This document shows positions 1-9,193 of a stretch of 47,880 nucleotides of DNA, piece by piece. The translations under genes and the position numbers were made by a program. Source of the stretch: an uncultured Rhodopirellula sp. GTDB lineage: Bacteria > Planctomycetota > Planctomycetia > Pirellulales > Pirellulaceae. The notes below the pieces were generated by a model that saw only the letters and a list, made by a program, of their open reading frames with translations, was not told the origin of the DNA and ran no database searches. How positions within the stretch are numbered: position 1 is the first letter of the stretch; the number at the start of each line of letters is the position of its first letter. The stretch covers positions 1 to 47,880 of the forward strand of contig CAXGAI010000035.1 of the NCBI GenBank assembly GCA_964007735.1. The letters are read 5' to 3'.

Positions 1-69
1 GCTGAAGAAGCACCTGCTGAAGAAGCACCTGCCGAAGAAGCACCTGCTGAAGAAGAAGCTGCTGAATAA
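1..69 (+). CDS. 3' end of a gene with an acidic Ala/Glu/Pro-rich (AEEAP)n tail, partial; such tails are common on ribosomal or other highly expressed proteins
   Basis: Frame +1 reads AEEAPAEEAPAEEAPAEEEAAE-TAA(67-69) and is followed by a strong intrinsic terminator. Gene identity is not visible in the window. Confidence 0.7.
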   Translation, partial: AEEAPAEEAPAEEAPAEEEAAE

Positions 70-80
70 GCACCTGCTGA
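1..80 (+). repeat. 15-bp coding tandem repeat, unit GCTGAAGAAGCACCT, about 5 degenerate copies
   Basis: Directly visible. The unit at 61-75 is GCTGAATAAGCACCT (GAA>TAA). Confidence 0.9.
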
Positions 81-117
81 GGGTGAAGGTTAATGAACCC
101 TTCAGCTTTGATAAAAG

Positions 118-152
118 AAAACCCGTTACACTTCTCTGTAACGGGTTTTTTT
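118..152 (+). terminator. Rho-independent terminator
   Basis: AAAACCCGTTACA-cttctc-TGTAACGGGTTTT stem-loop, with the T run continuing to 152. Confidence 0.9.
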
Positions 153-267
153 ATGCGCAATGACTTCCCCTCCAAGACGGCGAATATCGCTGTTATGTCT
201 AACTTCCAGTTATCGTAGAATAAGAGTTCACCATCAGGCCGTTATTAATTTACTTATAAGCCGATCC

Positions 268-3200
268 ATGAGATTTGTAACTGTACTATTCTCCATTTTG
301 ATCTTTGCAACACACGCCAGTGCTGCAAAGAAACAACCTGTTGACTTCATTCGGGACATCAAGCCAATCCTTTCTGATCGTTGCTTCAACTGCCATGGTC
401 CAGATGCCAATAATCGACAGGCAGATTTACGTCTTGACCTCAAAGAAGAAGCACTCGCCGCAATCACTTTCGAGGGCAACCATGTCATCTGGGCCGGGCG
501 AGCGAATAAAAGTGAGTTGATCAAACGGATCCACTCCGACAATCCAGATTTCAAAATGCCTCCAGCCGAATCCAAGCTGGAGTTAACGGATGAGGAAATC
601 GAATTACTCACTCTTTGGGTCGAACAGGGAGCTCAATGGGAGAACCATTGGTCGTTTGAAACGCCCAAAAACCAAACTCCTCCTAAAACTAAAAACAAAG
701 CATGGAGTACGAATGAAATTGATCAGTTCATCCTCAGAAGAATTGAGGAGGCCGGCTTAACTCCAGCTAAGCAAGCCACCCCAACGACACTCATACGACG
801 ACTCGCTTTCGATATCACGGGATTGCCTCCTTCCCAGGATCAAGTCAAACGATATTCAAACAATCCATCACTCGACGTTTACAATAAAATCGTTGATGAA
901 CTTTTGGCAGACAAACATTATGGCGAACGGATGGCTTCCACCTGGCTGGATGTGGCCAGATATTCAGACACCTTTGGGTATCAGGTAGACCGTGATCGTT
1001 ACGTATGGCCGTATCGTGACTGGGTAATCAATTCCTTCAATCAAAACCTGGCATATAACCAATTCGTAACCGAACAACTAGCTGGAGACTTGCTCGAGAA
1101 TGCGACGGATTCTCAGCGAATCGCTACAACCTTTAACCGTCTGCATTCGCAAAAGGTGGAAGGGGGTTCGGTTCCCGAAGAATTTAGGACAGAATATGTC
1201 GCTGATCGCACGCACACTTTCGGGACTGCTTTCCTTGGGCTAACACTGGAGTGTTGTCGTTGCCATGACCATAAGTACGATCCCTTTACGCAAAAGGAAT
1301 ACTATCAGCTATTTGCGTATTTCAACAACATTGACGAAGCAGGTCTCTACTCTTACTTCACCACATCCACACCAACACCAACTCTCCGTATTCTCAGTGA
1401 CGAACAAAAGAAACAGATTGACGTTGCGGAACAAACAATTGCAAAGGAAGTTACCAAGCTCCATAAGTTAGCTAACGCTGCAAATCCGGATTTTGAAAGA
1501 TGGCTAGAAAAGCGCGAAGTAACTTCGGAAATCATTGGTCTCGATCAGGAACTCACATTTGAAGATGCTAAGACTGGTGCAAATAAAAGTGTCGAAGGAA
1601 AGGTTGGCAAGGGCATTGAATTAACCGGGGATGATGCCGTTGGATTATCGGTGGGGAATTACTCACGTAATACACCATTCACCGTCTCATTGTGGTTTAA
1701 CACACCTGACATTAAAGAACGTGCTGTTGTGTTTCATCGGTCCCGAGCCTGGACCGACTCAGCCAGCCGGGGATATCAGATGCTGATTGAGGAGGGACAT
1801 ATCAGTGTGTCACTCATTCACTTTTGGCCCGGTAATTCAATCCGGGTACGCACTAGAAAAACACTTGCTCCCCAACAATGGCACCACCTCTCCATGGTCT
1901 ATGATGGTTCAAGTGAGGCCAATGGTTTAAAGATCTATCTTAATGGCACACCGGCAGACACTGAAATTATCAAAGACAATTTATATAAAAACATCACCGG
2001 TAGCGGTGGAGATAATATTGCTATCGGGCAACGATTTCGGGATAAGGGATTCAAACAAGGGCTTATTGATGAATTCAAGGTCTTCAACCGCCAATTAAGT
2101 GCACTCGAATTGCAGCACGTCTTTGACGAGGAGACTCTACCAAATACGCTCGCCACTCGGGCGACCGAGCTGAATGCCGAGCAAAAACACGAACTCAAGC
2201 AATACTATCTCGATCTGTTTGATGAAGCATATGGAAACCAATTGGCCACCTTAAAGTCCGCACGTGAGCAGCGAAGCAAGCTCCTCGATGGAGCTCAGGA
2301 AATCATGGTCATGGAAGAAATGAAAACACGCCGTAAAACATTTCTGCTAAACCGTGGTGCCTACGATCAACCAACAGAATCGGTCGCGACCGCGACACCA
2401 TCCATCTTTGGAGATTCCAGTGAGAATGGGAATCGACTTACACTTGCCCACTGGGTCACCAGTCCTCAGAACCCGTTGACGGCTCGCGTTTACGTAAATC
2501 GAATCTGGCAAATGATGCTCGGCAAGGGGTTGGTAAAAACGCCGGAAGATTTTGGTAGTCAGGGTGCGATCCCAACTCATCCGAAATTACTCGACTGGCT
2601 TTCAACCTCCTTTGTTGAAAGCGGCTGGGATACCAAAGCACTGATCAAACTAATCGCCAGTTCTTCCACCTACAGGCAATCTTCTCAAGCGTCAGCAGAT
2701 GAACTGGTCACGGATCCGGAAAATGACTTGTTAACCCATGCCAATCGTTATCAATTACCTGCTGAAATGCTTCGTGATAACGCGCTTCTGGTAAGCGGCC
2801 TGCTGGTAGATAAGCAGGGAGGTCCCTCGGTTAAACCTTATGAGGTGGCCGAGTCATTCAAGCCGGTTGCACGTGGTAAGGGTGAACAACTATACCGACG
2901 TAGTCTTTATACCTACTGGCGGCGAACTGCTCCTGCCCCCGTCATGATGACACTGGATGCTGCTAAACGAGAAGTCTGTTCGGTAGCACGGGAAAGGACA
3001 TCTAATCCACTGCACGCAATCGTATTATTAAACGATCCGCAATATGTTGAAGCGGCTCGTAAGATGGGTGAAAATCTGGTAAAAGCGTTTGGAAATGACC
3101 ATCAGGCAGCTATGGCCAAAGCGTTTGAGCAACTCACCAGCCGAGTTGCAGAGGATGCGGAATTAGCCGTCATTTCAATTTCATTTGAGCAACAACTTGC

Positions 3201-3351
3201 CTACTTCAAGAAGTACCCGGATGAGGCAAATAAATTTCTCAGTACCGGCGATGCTCCACGTGACATGAACCTTCCTGCAGACCAAGTCGCAGCTATGGGG
3301 ATGGTCATCAACCTATTACTGAACTATGACGAATGTGTCGTCCGACAATAA
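268..3351 (+). CDS. Planctomycete cytochrome c + DUF1549 + LamG-like insert + DUF1553 protein
   Basis: Signal peptide MRFVTVLFSIL..ASA, so the start is placed at ATG 268 rather than 160. Motifs: CFNCHGPD, LIRRLAFDITGLPP, WLDVARYSD, CCRCHDHKYDP, LamG-like WHHLSMVYDGS..IDEFKVFNRQLS, NPLTARVYVNRIWQ, RRSLYTYWRR. Confidence 0.93.
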   Translation: MRFVTVLFSILIFATHASAAKKQPVDFIRDIKPILSDRCFNCHGPDANNRQADLRLDLKEEALAAITFEGNHVIWAGRANKSELIKRIHSDNPDFKMPPAESKLELTDEEIELLTLWVEQGAQWENHWSFETPKNQTPPKTKNKAWSTNEIDQFILRRIEEAGLTPAKQATPTTLIRRLAFDITGLPPSQDQVKRYSNNPSLDVYNKIVDELLADKHYGERMASTWLDVARYSDTFGYQVDRDRYVWPYRDWVINSFNQNLAYNQFVTEQLAGDLLENATDSQRIATTFNRLHSQKVEGGSVPEEFRTEYVADRTHTFGTAFLGLTLECCRCHDHKYDPFTQKEYYQLFAYFNNIDEAGLYSYFTTSTPTPTLRILSDEQKKQIDVAEQTIAKEVTKLHKLANAANPDFERWLEKREVTSEIIGLDQELTFEDAKTGANKSVEGKVGKGIELTGDDAVGLSVGNYSRNTPFTVSLWFNTPDIKERAVVFHRSRAWTDSASRGYQMLIEEGHISVSLIHFWPGNSIRVRTRKTLAPQQWHHLSMVYDGSSEANGLKIYLNGTPADTEIIKDNLYKNITGSGGDNIAIGQRFRDKGFKQGLIDEFKVFNRQLSALELQHVFDEETLPNTLATRATELNAEQKHELKQYYLDLFDEAYGNQLATLKSAREQRSKLLDGAQEIMVMEEMKTRRKTFLLNRGAYDQPTESVATATPSIFGDSSENGNRLTLAHWVTSPQNPLTARVYVNRIWQMMLGKGLVKTPEDFGSQGAIPTHPKLLDWLSTSFVESGWDTKALIKLIASSSTYRQSSQASADELVTDPENDLLTHANRYQLPAEMLRDNALLVSGLLVDKQGGPSVKPYEVAESFKPVARGKGEQLYRRSLYTYWRRTAPAPVMMTLDAAKREVCSVARERTSNPLHAIVLLNDPQYVEAARKMGENLVKAFGNDHQAAMAKAFEQLTSRVAEDAELAVISISFEQQLAYFKKYPDEANKFLSTGDAPRDMNLPADQVAAMGMVINLLLNYDECVVRQ

Positions 3352-3369
3352 CCAACCTCTGACAAACCT

Positions 3370-4824
3370 ATGAACGCAACCACATCTCAACAATGTACCG
3401 GTTATGACAGCCCCTTTGGCCTTTCCCGCAGAAAGGTACTGCAAAGCTTTGGCATGGGACTAGGTAGTATTGCGTTAACTCAAATGGAATGTGCACGGAT
3501 GCTCCACGCGCGGGATGGCATCTTAAAGGAAGTACATCATCAACCCAAAGCCAAACGAGTTATTTACCTATTCCAAAGTGGTGGTCCATCACAACTAGAC
3601 TTGTTCGATTACCGCCCGGAACTCGAAAAGGTCCATGGCCAACAACTGCCGGATGAAATCAGAAAAGGGCAGCGTCTAACTGCTATGTCCGGTAATCAGG
3701 CTAGTTTGCCCATGGTCAAATCTCCGTTCAAATACTCCCAATCTGGTGAGAGCGGACAGTGGATTAGTGAAGTTCTTCCCAATATCGCCAACATTGCTGA
3801 TGACATCTGCATCGTCCGTAGTATGCATACAGAGGCAATCAATCATGGTCCGGCAGTCACGCACATGCAAACAGGTTCGCAGTTTCCCGGGCGGCCAAGT
3901 ATGGGAGCATGGCTCGATTATGGACTCGGGACTGAAAACGATGACTTACCAGCCTTCGTCGTTCTAGTTACGAAGAACAAAGGAGGGCAGCCTCTGCTTA
4001 CACGATTGTGGGGAAGTGGCTTTCTGCCATCGCGTTTCCAAGGTACACGATTCCGTTCGGGACAGGACCCGGTGCTATACCTCAGTAACCCACAGGGCCT
4101 TAGTGCTGAGGCCCGTCGGCAAATGCTTGATCGACTCAAAGACCTGCACGAACTTAAGTTACAAAAACAGAGTCATCCGGATCTGGAATCACGTATTGCC
4201 CAATATGAACTGGCATTTCGTATGCAACAATCGATTCCTGAAGTAACAAACACAGCCGACGAACCTGAACACACCTTCAAACTCTATGGGGAAGCCGCCA
4301 AGAACCCCGGTTCCTATTCAGCGAACTGTTTACTTGCTCGGCGTTTAGCGGAACGCGGAGTTCGCTTCATTCAACTTTACCACCCCGGCTGGGATCAGCA
4401 CGGTGGCTTGGTAGGAGGCCTGCGTAATCAGGCAAAAGAAACCGATCAGGCATCGGCTGCCTTGGTGACCGACCTAAAGCAACGTGGCTTATTAGATGAC
4501 ACACTAATTATTTGGGGTGGTGAATTTGGTCGTACAAATTACTGTCAGGGAAAACTCAATGGGGAGAACTTTGGCCGTGATCATCATCCGAGATGCTTCT
4601 CGCTTTGGATGGCCGGCGGTGGTATCAAAGGTGGAGTAACTCACGGAGAAACGGATCCGCTGGGGTACAATATTGCCAACAACGGCGTGCATGTACATGA
4701 CTTCCATGCCACCATTCTGCATCTATTAGGAATTGACCACGAACGTTTAACTTATAAATATCAGGGACGAAGATTCCGCTTAACCGATGTACATGGCGAA
4801 GTTGTCAGCAACATTATTCGTTAA
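3370..4824 (+). CDS. DUF1501 domain protein with Tat-like signal
   Basis: [60 protein letters not shown]. Lies directly after the DUF1553 gene. Confidence 0.95.
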   Translation: MNATTSQQCTGYDSPFGLSRRKVLQSFGMGLGSIALTQMECARMLHARDGILKEVHHQPKAKRVIYLFQSGGPSQLDLFDYRPELEKVHGQQLPDEIRKGQRLTAMSGNQASLPMVKSPFKYSQSGESGQWISEVLPNIANIADDICIVRSMHTEAINHGPAVTHMQTGSQFPGRPSMGAWLDYGLGTENDDLPAFVVLVTKNKGGQPLLTRLWGSGFLPSRFQGTRFRSGQDPVLYLSNPQGLSAEARRQMLDRLKDLHELKLQKQSHPDLESRIAQYELAFRMQQSIPEVTNTADEPEHTFKLYGEAAKNPGSYSANCLLARRLAERGVRFIQLYHPGWDQHGGLVGGLRNQAKETDQASAALVTDLKQRGLLDDTLIIWGGEFGRTNYCQGKLNGENFGRDHHPRCFSLWMAGGGIKGGVTHGETDPLGYNIANNGVHVHDFHATILHLLGIDHERLTYKYQGRRFRLTDVHGEVVSNIIR

Positions 4825-5951
4825 GTGACTTCAGAATCGACGACTGGCTCTTCAATTTCCCCAGCCCACTTCTTACGTTTACGACGGTTATGGAACTCTT
4901 TTAACTGTTGACCATTGTTTTGCATCAATTCATCCAGCTTCGCTTGAATCTTCATGTTCCCCTTAGACTCATGTGATTCGAGTACACAATTGAATTCAGG
5001 AAGCCTGTAAAGAAATGCTCCAATGACATCCTCATTGATTTCTGGAGCGTTGCGCCCCAAGCCAAGCTGTTCCAGCCAAAAACCATTCAGTTGCTGTTCA
5101 TACTGCCCTTCCATTGGCATCGCCAAGTAAGGTTTTTTCAAATAGAGTGCCTCACTAATCAGGGTAAAGCCAGCCGTTGCAATCACTGCTTGACTGCTAG
5201 CCAGATCATCCAGAAATCCCTGTTTGCTCGGTAACTTGAAGGTTAAATTAGCGTCTTGATCACGACGGTCATAACCGTAAACAATGAATCTTTCATGCGT
5301 GAATTTCTTTAGCTGGCTAAGTAATGTATCGTATCCGCTGGTGAGGTAGACAAGGATATGTCCTTCATCACTTGGTTGCATGGCGATCACTTCATCACGA
5401 AGAATCGGTGGAAAGAGTAACGTTCTGTCATTCGTAACCTGGCCTTCATAGAAAGTCGTTACCAGCGATAGATCCGGCCGCGGAACCATCGCTCGAATAA
5501 TTGATTTGGTCATCTTCTGATCAAACTGATGTCCCGGTGGACATTCGTAAGTCATATAACGCATACGATGTTGATTGTCGATCGTCATTAATGGGATATC
5601 GTAGTGGTGAGCCAGATAGGCTGTCATTGGTTCAAAATCTGTAATCACCACTTCTGGCTCAAAGATTTTGAACATCTCATTCCTTAAGGCGCGAAGTCTA
5701 AGCCAACCTTTCTTAAGACGTTTAACATTTTTGGTAACCGTCTTAATATTTGAAACTTTATTGTCAGCACTCGCGATCGCCAGTCCTTCAATCTCAAAAA
5801 CATTGAATTCATCTTTTAGGTTTCGATAGCCACGGTCATAGCTGGCTAACCAAACTTCATGACCCAAACTTTCCAAATGCCTGGCCATTTGTTTTGAGCG
5901 AGAACTATGGCCTGAACCTTCACCAGAAAGTCCGTACAAAATTCTTGTCAT
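4821..5951 (-). CDS. MJ1255/VC2487-family GT-B glycosyltransferase
   Basis: RILYGLSGEGSGHSSR, VITDFEP, IDNQH, AGFTLISEALYLKKP, GQYEQQLN. SD AAGGAG lies upstream of ATG 5951. Convergent 4-bp overlap with the DUF1501 gene. Confidence 0.88.
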   Translation of the reverse strand: MTRILYGLSGEGSGHSSRSKQMARHLESLGHEVWLASYDRGYRNLKDEFNVFEIEGLAIASADNKVSNIKTVTKNVKRLKKGWLRLRALRNEMFKIFEPEVVITDFEPMTAYLAHHYDIPLMTIDNQHRMRYMTYECPPGHQFDQKMTKSIIRAMVPRPDLSLVTTFYEGQVTNDRTLLFPPILRDEVIAMQPSDEGHILVYLTSGYDTLLSQLKKFTHERFIVYGYDRRDQDANLTFKLPSKQGFLDDLASSQAVIATAGFTLISEALYLKKPYLAMPMEGQYEQQLNGFWLEQLGLGRNAPEINEDVIGAFLYRLPEFNCVLESHESKGNMKIQAKLDELMQNNGQQLKEFHNRRKRKKWAGEIEEPVVDSEVT

Positions 5952-6055
5952 CACATCTCCTTTCCAATAAAGCAAATTAATTAACTTCTTCCATATCGTA
6001 CAAAACGACAAGCGTGTAACATGGGGGCTGCCCGAATCTTAACGAGTTTTTTACA

Positions 6056-6850
6056 ATGCGTTCTTTCCTCTTCGCCTTCCTTTGCTCTTTAGTGCTTTGT
6101 CCTGCGATCTATGCCTCGGAGCCAGTTCAAACCGGAGTTATCCTGCATCGTAAATACAAGATGAAGGAAGTCGAGCGTGAAGTCCCATACACACTTTATC
6201 TCCCTAAAACTTATGATGGGACGAAGGAAACTCCTGTTCTATTCGCTTTGCATGGCCTCTTTAGCGATTGCTATCAGGTGATTCGCTATCCCGGAATGGT
6301 TCGAGCCGCTGAAAAAAATAATTTCATATTGGTAGCCCCAATGGGATACAACAATCAGGGTTGGTATGGGATGTACGGCAAAGAAAAACGCGGTGACAAA
6401 CCAAAGAATCTGGGGGAGTTAAGTGAACGAGACGTCATCAATGTAATGACGATCATCCGAGAAGAATTTAACGTCGACGCTCAGCGAATTTATCTCTATG
6501 GGCATTCAATGGGAGGGGGAGGCAGTTTCCACCTCCTAAGCAAATATCCGGATCAATTTGCTGCCATTGCCACCGTTGCCCCAGCGTTTTTTGTTGCTGA
6601 TCGTGGACAACGGCTTAAGAATACCAATAGTCCAATCATGATTATTCAGGGCACCAAAGACATCCTCGTCAACGTCAACGCGACTCGTTCACTGGTTAAG
6701 GAAATTAAACACTCTGAGAAAAGAGTCGATTACATCGAGCTCGAGGGAGCGGGACACTTACAACCAGCATGGAGTTACTGGGATGAAATCTTCAGCTTCT
6801 ACCACGCGGCCAAGCTACCGAAAAAAGCTCCGCTACCGGTCTTTAAGTAA
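6056..6850 (+). CDS. Secreted alpha/beta hydrolase (esterase/peptidase-like)
   Basis: Signal peptide, PVLFALHG, nucleophile elbow GHSMGG, IQGTKD and GAGH (Ser-Asp-His triad). Confidence 0.88.
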   Translation: MRSFLFAFLCSLVLCPAIYASEPVQTGVILHRKYKMKEVEREVPYTLYLPKTYDGTKETPVLFALHGLFSDCYQVIRYPGMVRAAEKNNFILVAPMGYNNQGWYGMYGKEKRGDKPKNLGELSERDVINVMTIIREEFNVDAQRIYLYGHSMGGGGSFHLLSKYPDQFAAIATVAPAFFVADRGQRLKNTNSPIMIIQGTKDILVNVNATRSLVKEIKHSEKRVDYIELEGAGHLQPAWSYWDEIFSFYHAAKLPKKAPLPVFK

Positions 6851-6859
6851 CATCTACAA

Positions 6860-8251
6860 CTAAGGCATCAATTCAGGAATACTAACGCTCTCTTCAACGA
6901 GCCTGCGGATTTGAGGCGGTATCCCGGAAACCAAGCGCATCTTACCTACATCAAACAACGTTTGCATGATCGTGCCCATTAGATGGGATGTGGTGTAGGG
7001 AGAGGTCATAGGCTGGGCTGCCTGACGGTCAGATTGCCCAATCACTTGCCCCATATTTAGACCGCCTCCGGCAAATGCCAGAGTCCCCAGTTTAGCCCAG
7101 TGATCTCGCCCACCCTTCTTATTAACGCGAGGCGTACGACCAAAGTCACCAGTAATCACCAACAGTATCTTTTCACTTAATCCGCGCGCGGCAACATCAT
7201 CCAGGAACGCCGATACCGCATGATCCATGGTCGTTCCCAACATAGCCATCCCTTGTTGCATCCCCGGATTATTACCGTCAGCGTGCATATCCCAACCAGC
7301 ACTGTGAACTGTAACAAAGCCAGCCCCCGCTTCACAGAGTCGCCGAGCCATCAACATTTTGTGACCTAGCATTGAGGGGCGGAATTGTTTGAATCCAATT
7401 CTCATTTCGCTCGTATCATATTTTGCCAGTACTGCGGGGTCTTCCCGAGTAAGGTCAATCGCATCAACCGCTCCGCCCGTCAATAAATCTACCGCTTGCT
7501 GGTTGAATCGATCCACTCCCTGCACCTGACGAAGGCCATCTACCCGCCGTTTCCATGAATCCAATGACGTCAAAAGAGACCGACGATCATCAAAGCGTTG
7601 GGCCTGCAGAGTTAATTTCATATTGTTCAACGCAGAACTGTTACCGCCGGGCTCGAAAGGGGCATAGGATGCCCCCAGTTCCAATGGTCTTGAGCCTTTA
7701 CGAACACGCGCCAGCTCTTTTCGATACTGGCCATCAATCTCAGGAGCGGTGAGTAAGCAGTTTGTTGGAATCCCCGTTTCGGGATGATTAGCTCCGCGTA
7801 ATCGGGCATAAAGGGCCCCCATTCCAAATCCGGTCTTACCGCCTCCTGAAGGATCCGTACCCCCTGTTAGCACGTGCACATGAGCCTGCTCATGTGCCCC
7901 GACTGAATGATTATGGCTTCGAATAACACTCATTTGGCGAGCACGCCGAGCAAGCTTTTGCAACGTCGCCCCGAAAGTTACTCCAGGCAACGAAGTACTA
8001 ACTTCCCCATTAACACTGCGGATTTCTGCCGGCGCAGCCATTTTAGGATCGAACGTTTCAATTTGGCTTGCTCCGCCTGACAAATACAACAACACGACTG
8101 ATTTGTCTTTGACAAAGTTGACATTTTCGGCCCGGGCATGCAGTAACTGAGGCAACGTCAGGCTACCAAGCATTAACGAACCAATCTGAAGAAAGTCACG
8201 ACGACTATCCTTCACATCCTGCTTTCCGTTACCTGTATAGATCCTAAGCAT
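6860..8251 (-). CDS. DUF1501 domain protein without an adjacent DUF1553 partner
   Basis: SRRDFLQIG, LYLSGGASQIETFDPK, LMARRLCEAGAGFV, GWDMH, GDFGRTP, GRDHW. Start placed at ATG 8251. Confidence 0.92.
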   Translation of the reverse strand: MLRIYTGNGKQDVKDSRRDFLQIGSLMLGSLTLPQLLHARAENVNFVKDKSVVLLYLSGGASQIETFDPKMAAPAEIRSVNGEVSTSLPGVTFGATLQKLARRARQMSVIRSHNHSVGAHEQAHVHVLTGGTDPSGGGKTGFGMGALYARLRGANHPETGIPTNCLLTAPEIDGQYRKELARVRKGSRPLELGASYAPFEPGGNSSALNNMKLTLQAQRFDDRRSLLTSLDSWKRRVDGLRQVQGVDRFNQQAVDLLTGGAVDAIDLTREDPAVLAKYDTSEMRIGFKQFRPSMLGHKMLMARRLCEAGAGFVTVHSAGWDMHADGNNPGMQQGMAMLGTTMDHAVSAFLDDVAARGLSEKILLVITGDFGRTPRVNKKGGRDHWAKLGTLAFAGGGLNMGQVIGQSDRQAAQPMTSPYTTSHLMGTIMQTLFDVGKMRLVSGIPPQIRRLVEESVSIPELMP

Positions 8252-8335
8252 GCGTACTATTTCGAAAGGTCCATGGTAAGTCAAATTCAATACTATCGAT
8301 CAGATCGTACTAAAGACGAGTCACTGGAACAACGG

Positions 8336-9169
8336 CTACTCTTCCAAACGAATGCTCGCACGACCACGAAGAATATCATCCCGAATACCGCTAACTAATG
8401 GAGGACAGCCATTCAGATCAATATTGTCGATACCTTTCTTAGCAATCGCAACTTTGTATGTCTCGTAAACATTGTAAACAACGCCCTGGCGGACTGCTGA
8501 CATATTTTTGTACCAAGATTGCAACTCTTGTTTTTGCGCCGGTGAAAATTGCTGGCTCGCCAACTGATTCAATGTTTTCAGCATTTCCTGAACCAACACC
8601 GCACGTCTTCCATAAGCCAACGCTGTACGATCACTTACCTTAGGAACGTTTCCCTCTAGCAAATAATGAGTCGCTAAATCCATATTCATAGCCCAGTAGT
8701 GACTTCTTGCTCCATCAAGTAATAATGCAGAAAACGCAGCGGTCTCAACTTTGGTTAATTCTTCAAGATTATACGGACTTACGTTCGTCTGATATCCAAT
8801 TTCGATCGAACCATGCTCAAGTCGCGCTAGTGCGATTAACCACCCAATACCCGAACGCTTATAAGCATTAGCATCATTGCCGGTTTCGTTTAACGATGAC
8901 TGCCGGTATAAATTCGAGATATTTCTCAATCGAAGTGGTAATGAGGAATTCTGAACTTGAGAAAAACCAAACCTGCGGGATAGATTCGTATATATCACAA
9001 GTTCCGGCATATCAGAGATGATTTTGTTAAAAGCCCTTATTGATGCTTCATCGGCTTCTCTTACGAGCGGTACAAGATTATTCAATGCGTTAGCATACTC
9101 CTGATATCCAACAATCTGATAAGCATCACTTGGATCAGGCTCATCAAAATCAGCGCCAAAGACACTCAC
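8336..9169 (-). CDS. Hypothetical helical protein, probably the C-terminal part of a 671-codon frame continuing from 10351 through TGA 9194-9196
   Basis: 277-aa ORF with a GTG start and no clear SD. It is in frame with the upstream ORF, and the 8 intervening codons (GQNRVHGT) are open. Confidence 0.7.
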   Translation of the reverse strand: MSVFGADFDEPDPSDAYQIVGYQEYANALNNLVPLVREADEASIRAFNKIISDMPELVIYTNLSRRFGFSQVQNSSLPLRLRNISNLYRQSSLNETGNDANAYKRSGIGWLIALARLEHGSIEIGYQTNVSPYNLEELTKVETAAFSALLLDGARSHYWAMNMDLATHYLLEGNVPKVSDRTALAYGRRAVLVQEMLKTLNQLASQQFSPAQKQELQSWYKNMSAVRQGVVYNVYETYKVAIAKKGIDNIDLNGCPPLVSGIRDDILRGRASIRLEE

Positions 9170-9193
9170 GGTGCCATGTACACGGTTCTGGCC
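9155..9193 (-). promoter_or_regulatory. Putative SECIS-like/readthrough hairpin immediately 3' of the in-frame TGA
   Basis: mRNA after UGA: GGCCAGAACCGUGUACAU-GGCAC-CGUGA-GUGUC-UUUGGC. Apical 5-bp stem with a GU-containing loop 23 nt after UGA, and a basal GCCAGA/UUUGGC pairing. Folded by eye only. Confidence 0.3.

Noticed and set aside
1..80. Short direct repeats as a CRISPR array
   Set aside because: 15-bp head-to-tail units with no spacers that translate as AEEAP, and no cas genes.
160..267. N-terminal extensions from the ORF track, including equal 36-codon extensions on two DUF1553 genes (160, 30980) and 14447, 6011, 8290, 18038, 25959
   Set aside because: Signal peptides, SD sites or family N-termini begin at downstream ATGs. 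The two 36-aa extensions share no similarity, so the equal length is coincidence.
3349..3372. Readthrough fusions at other in-frame junctions (3351/3370, 12127/12090, 38544/38551, 42001/41997)
   Set aside because: In-frame adjacency occurs 1 time in 3. These junctions use TAA/TAG, and each downstream gene has its own start and export signal and belongs to a family known as a separate protein.
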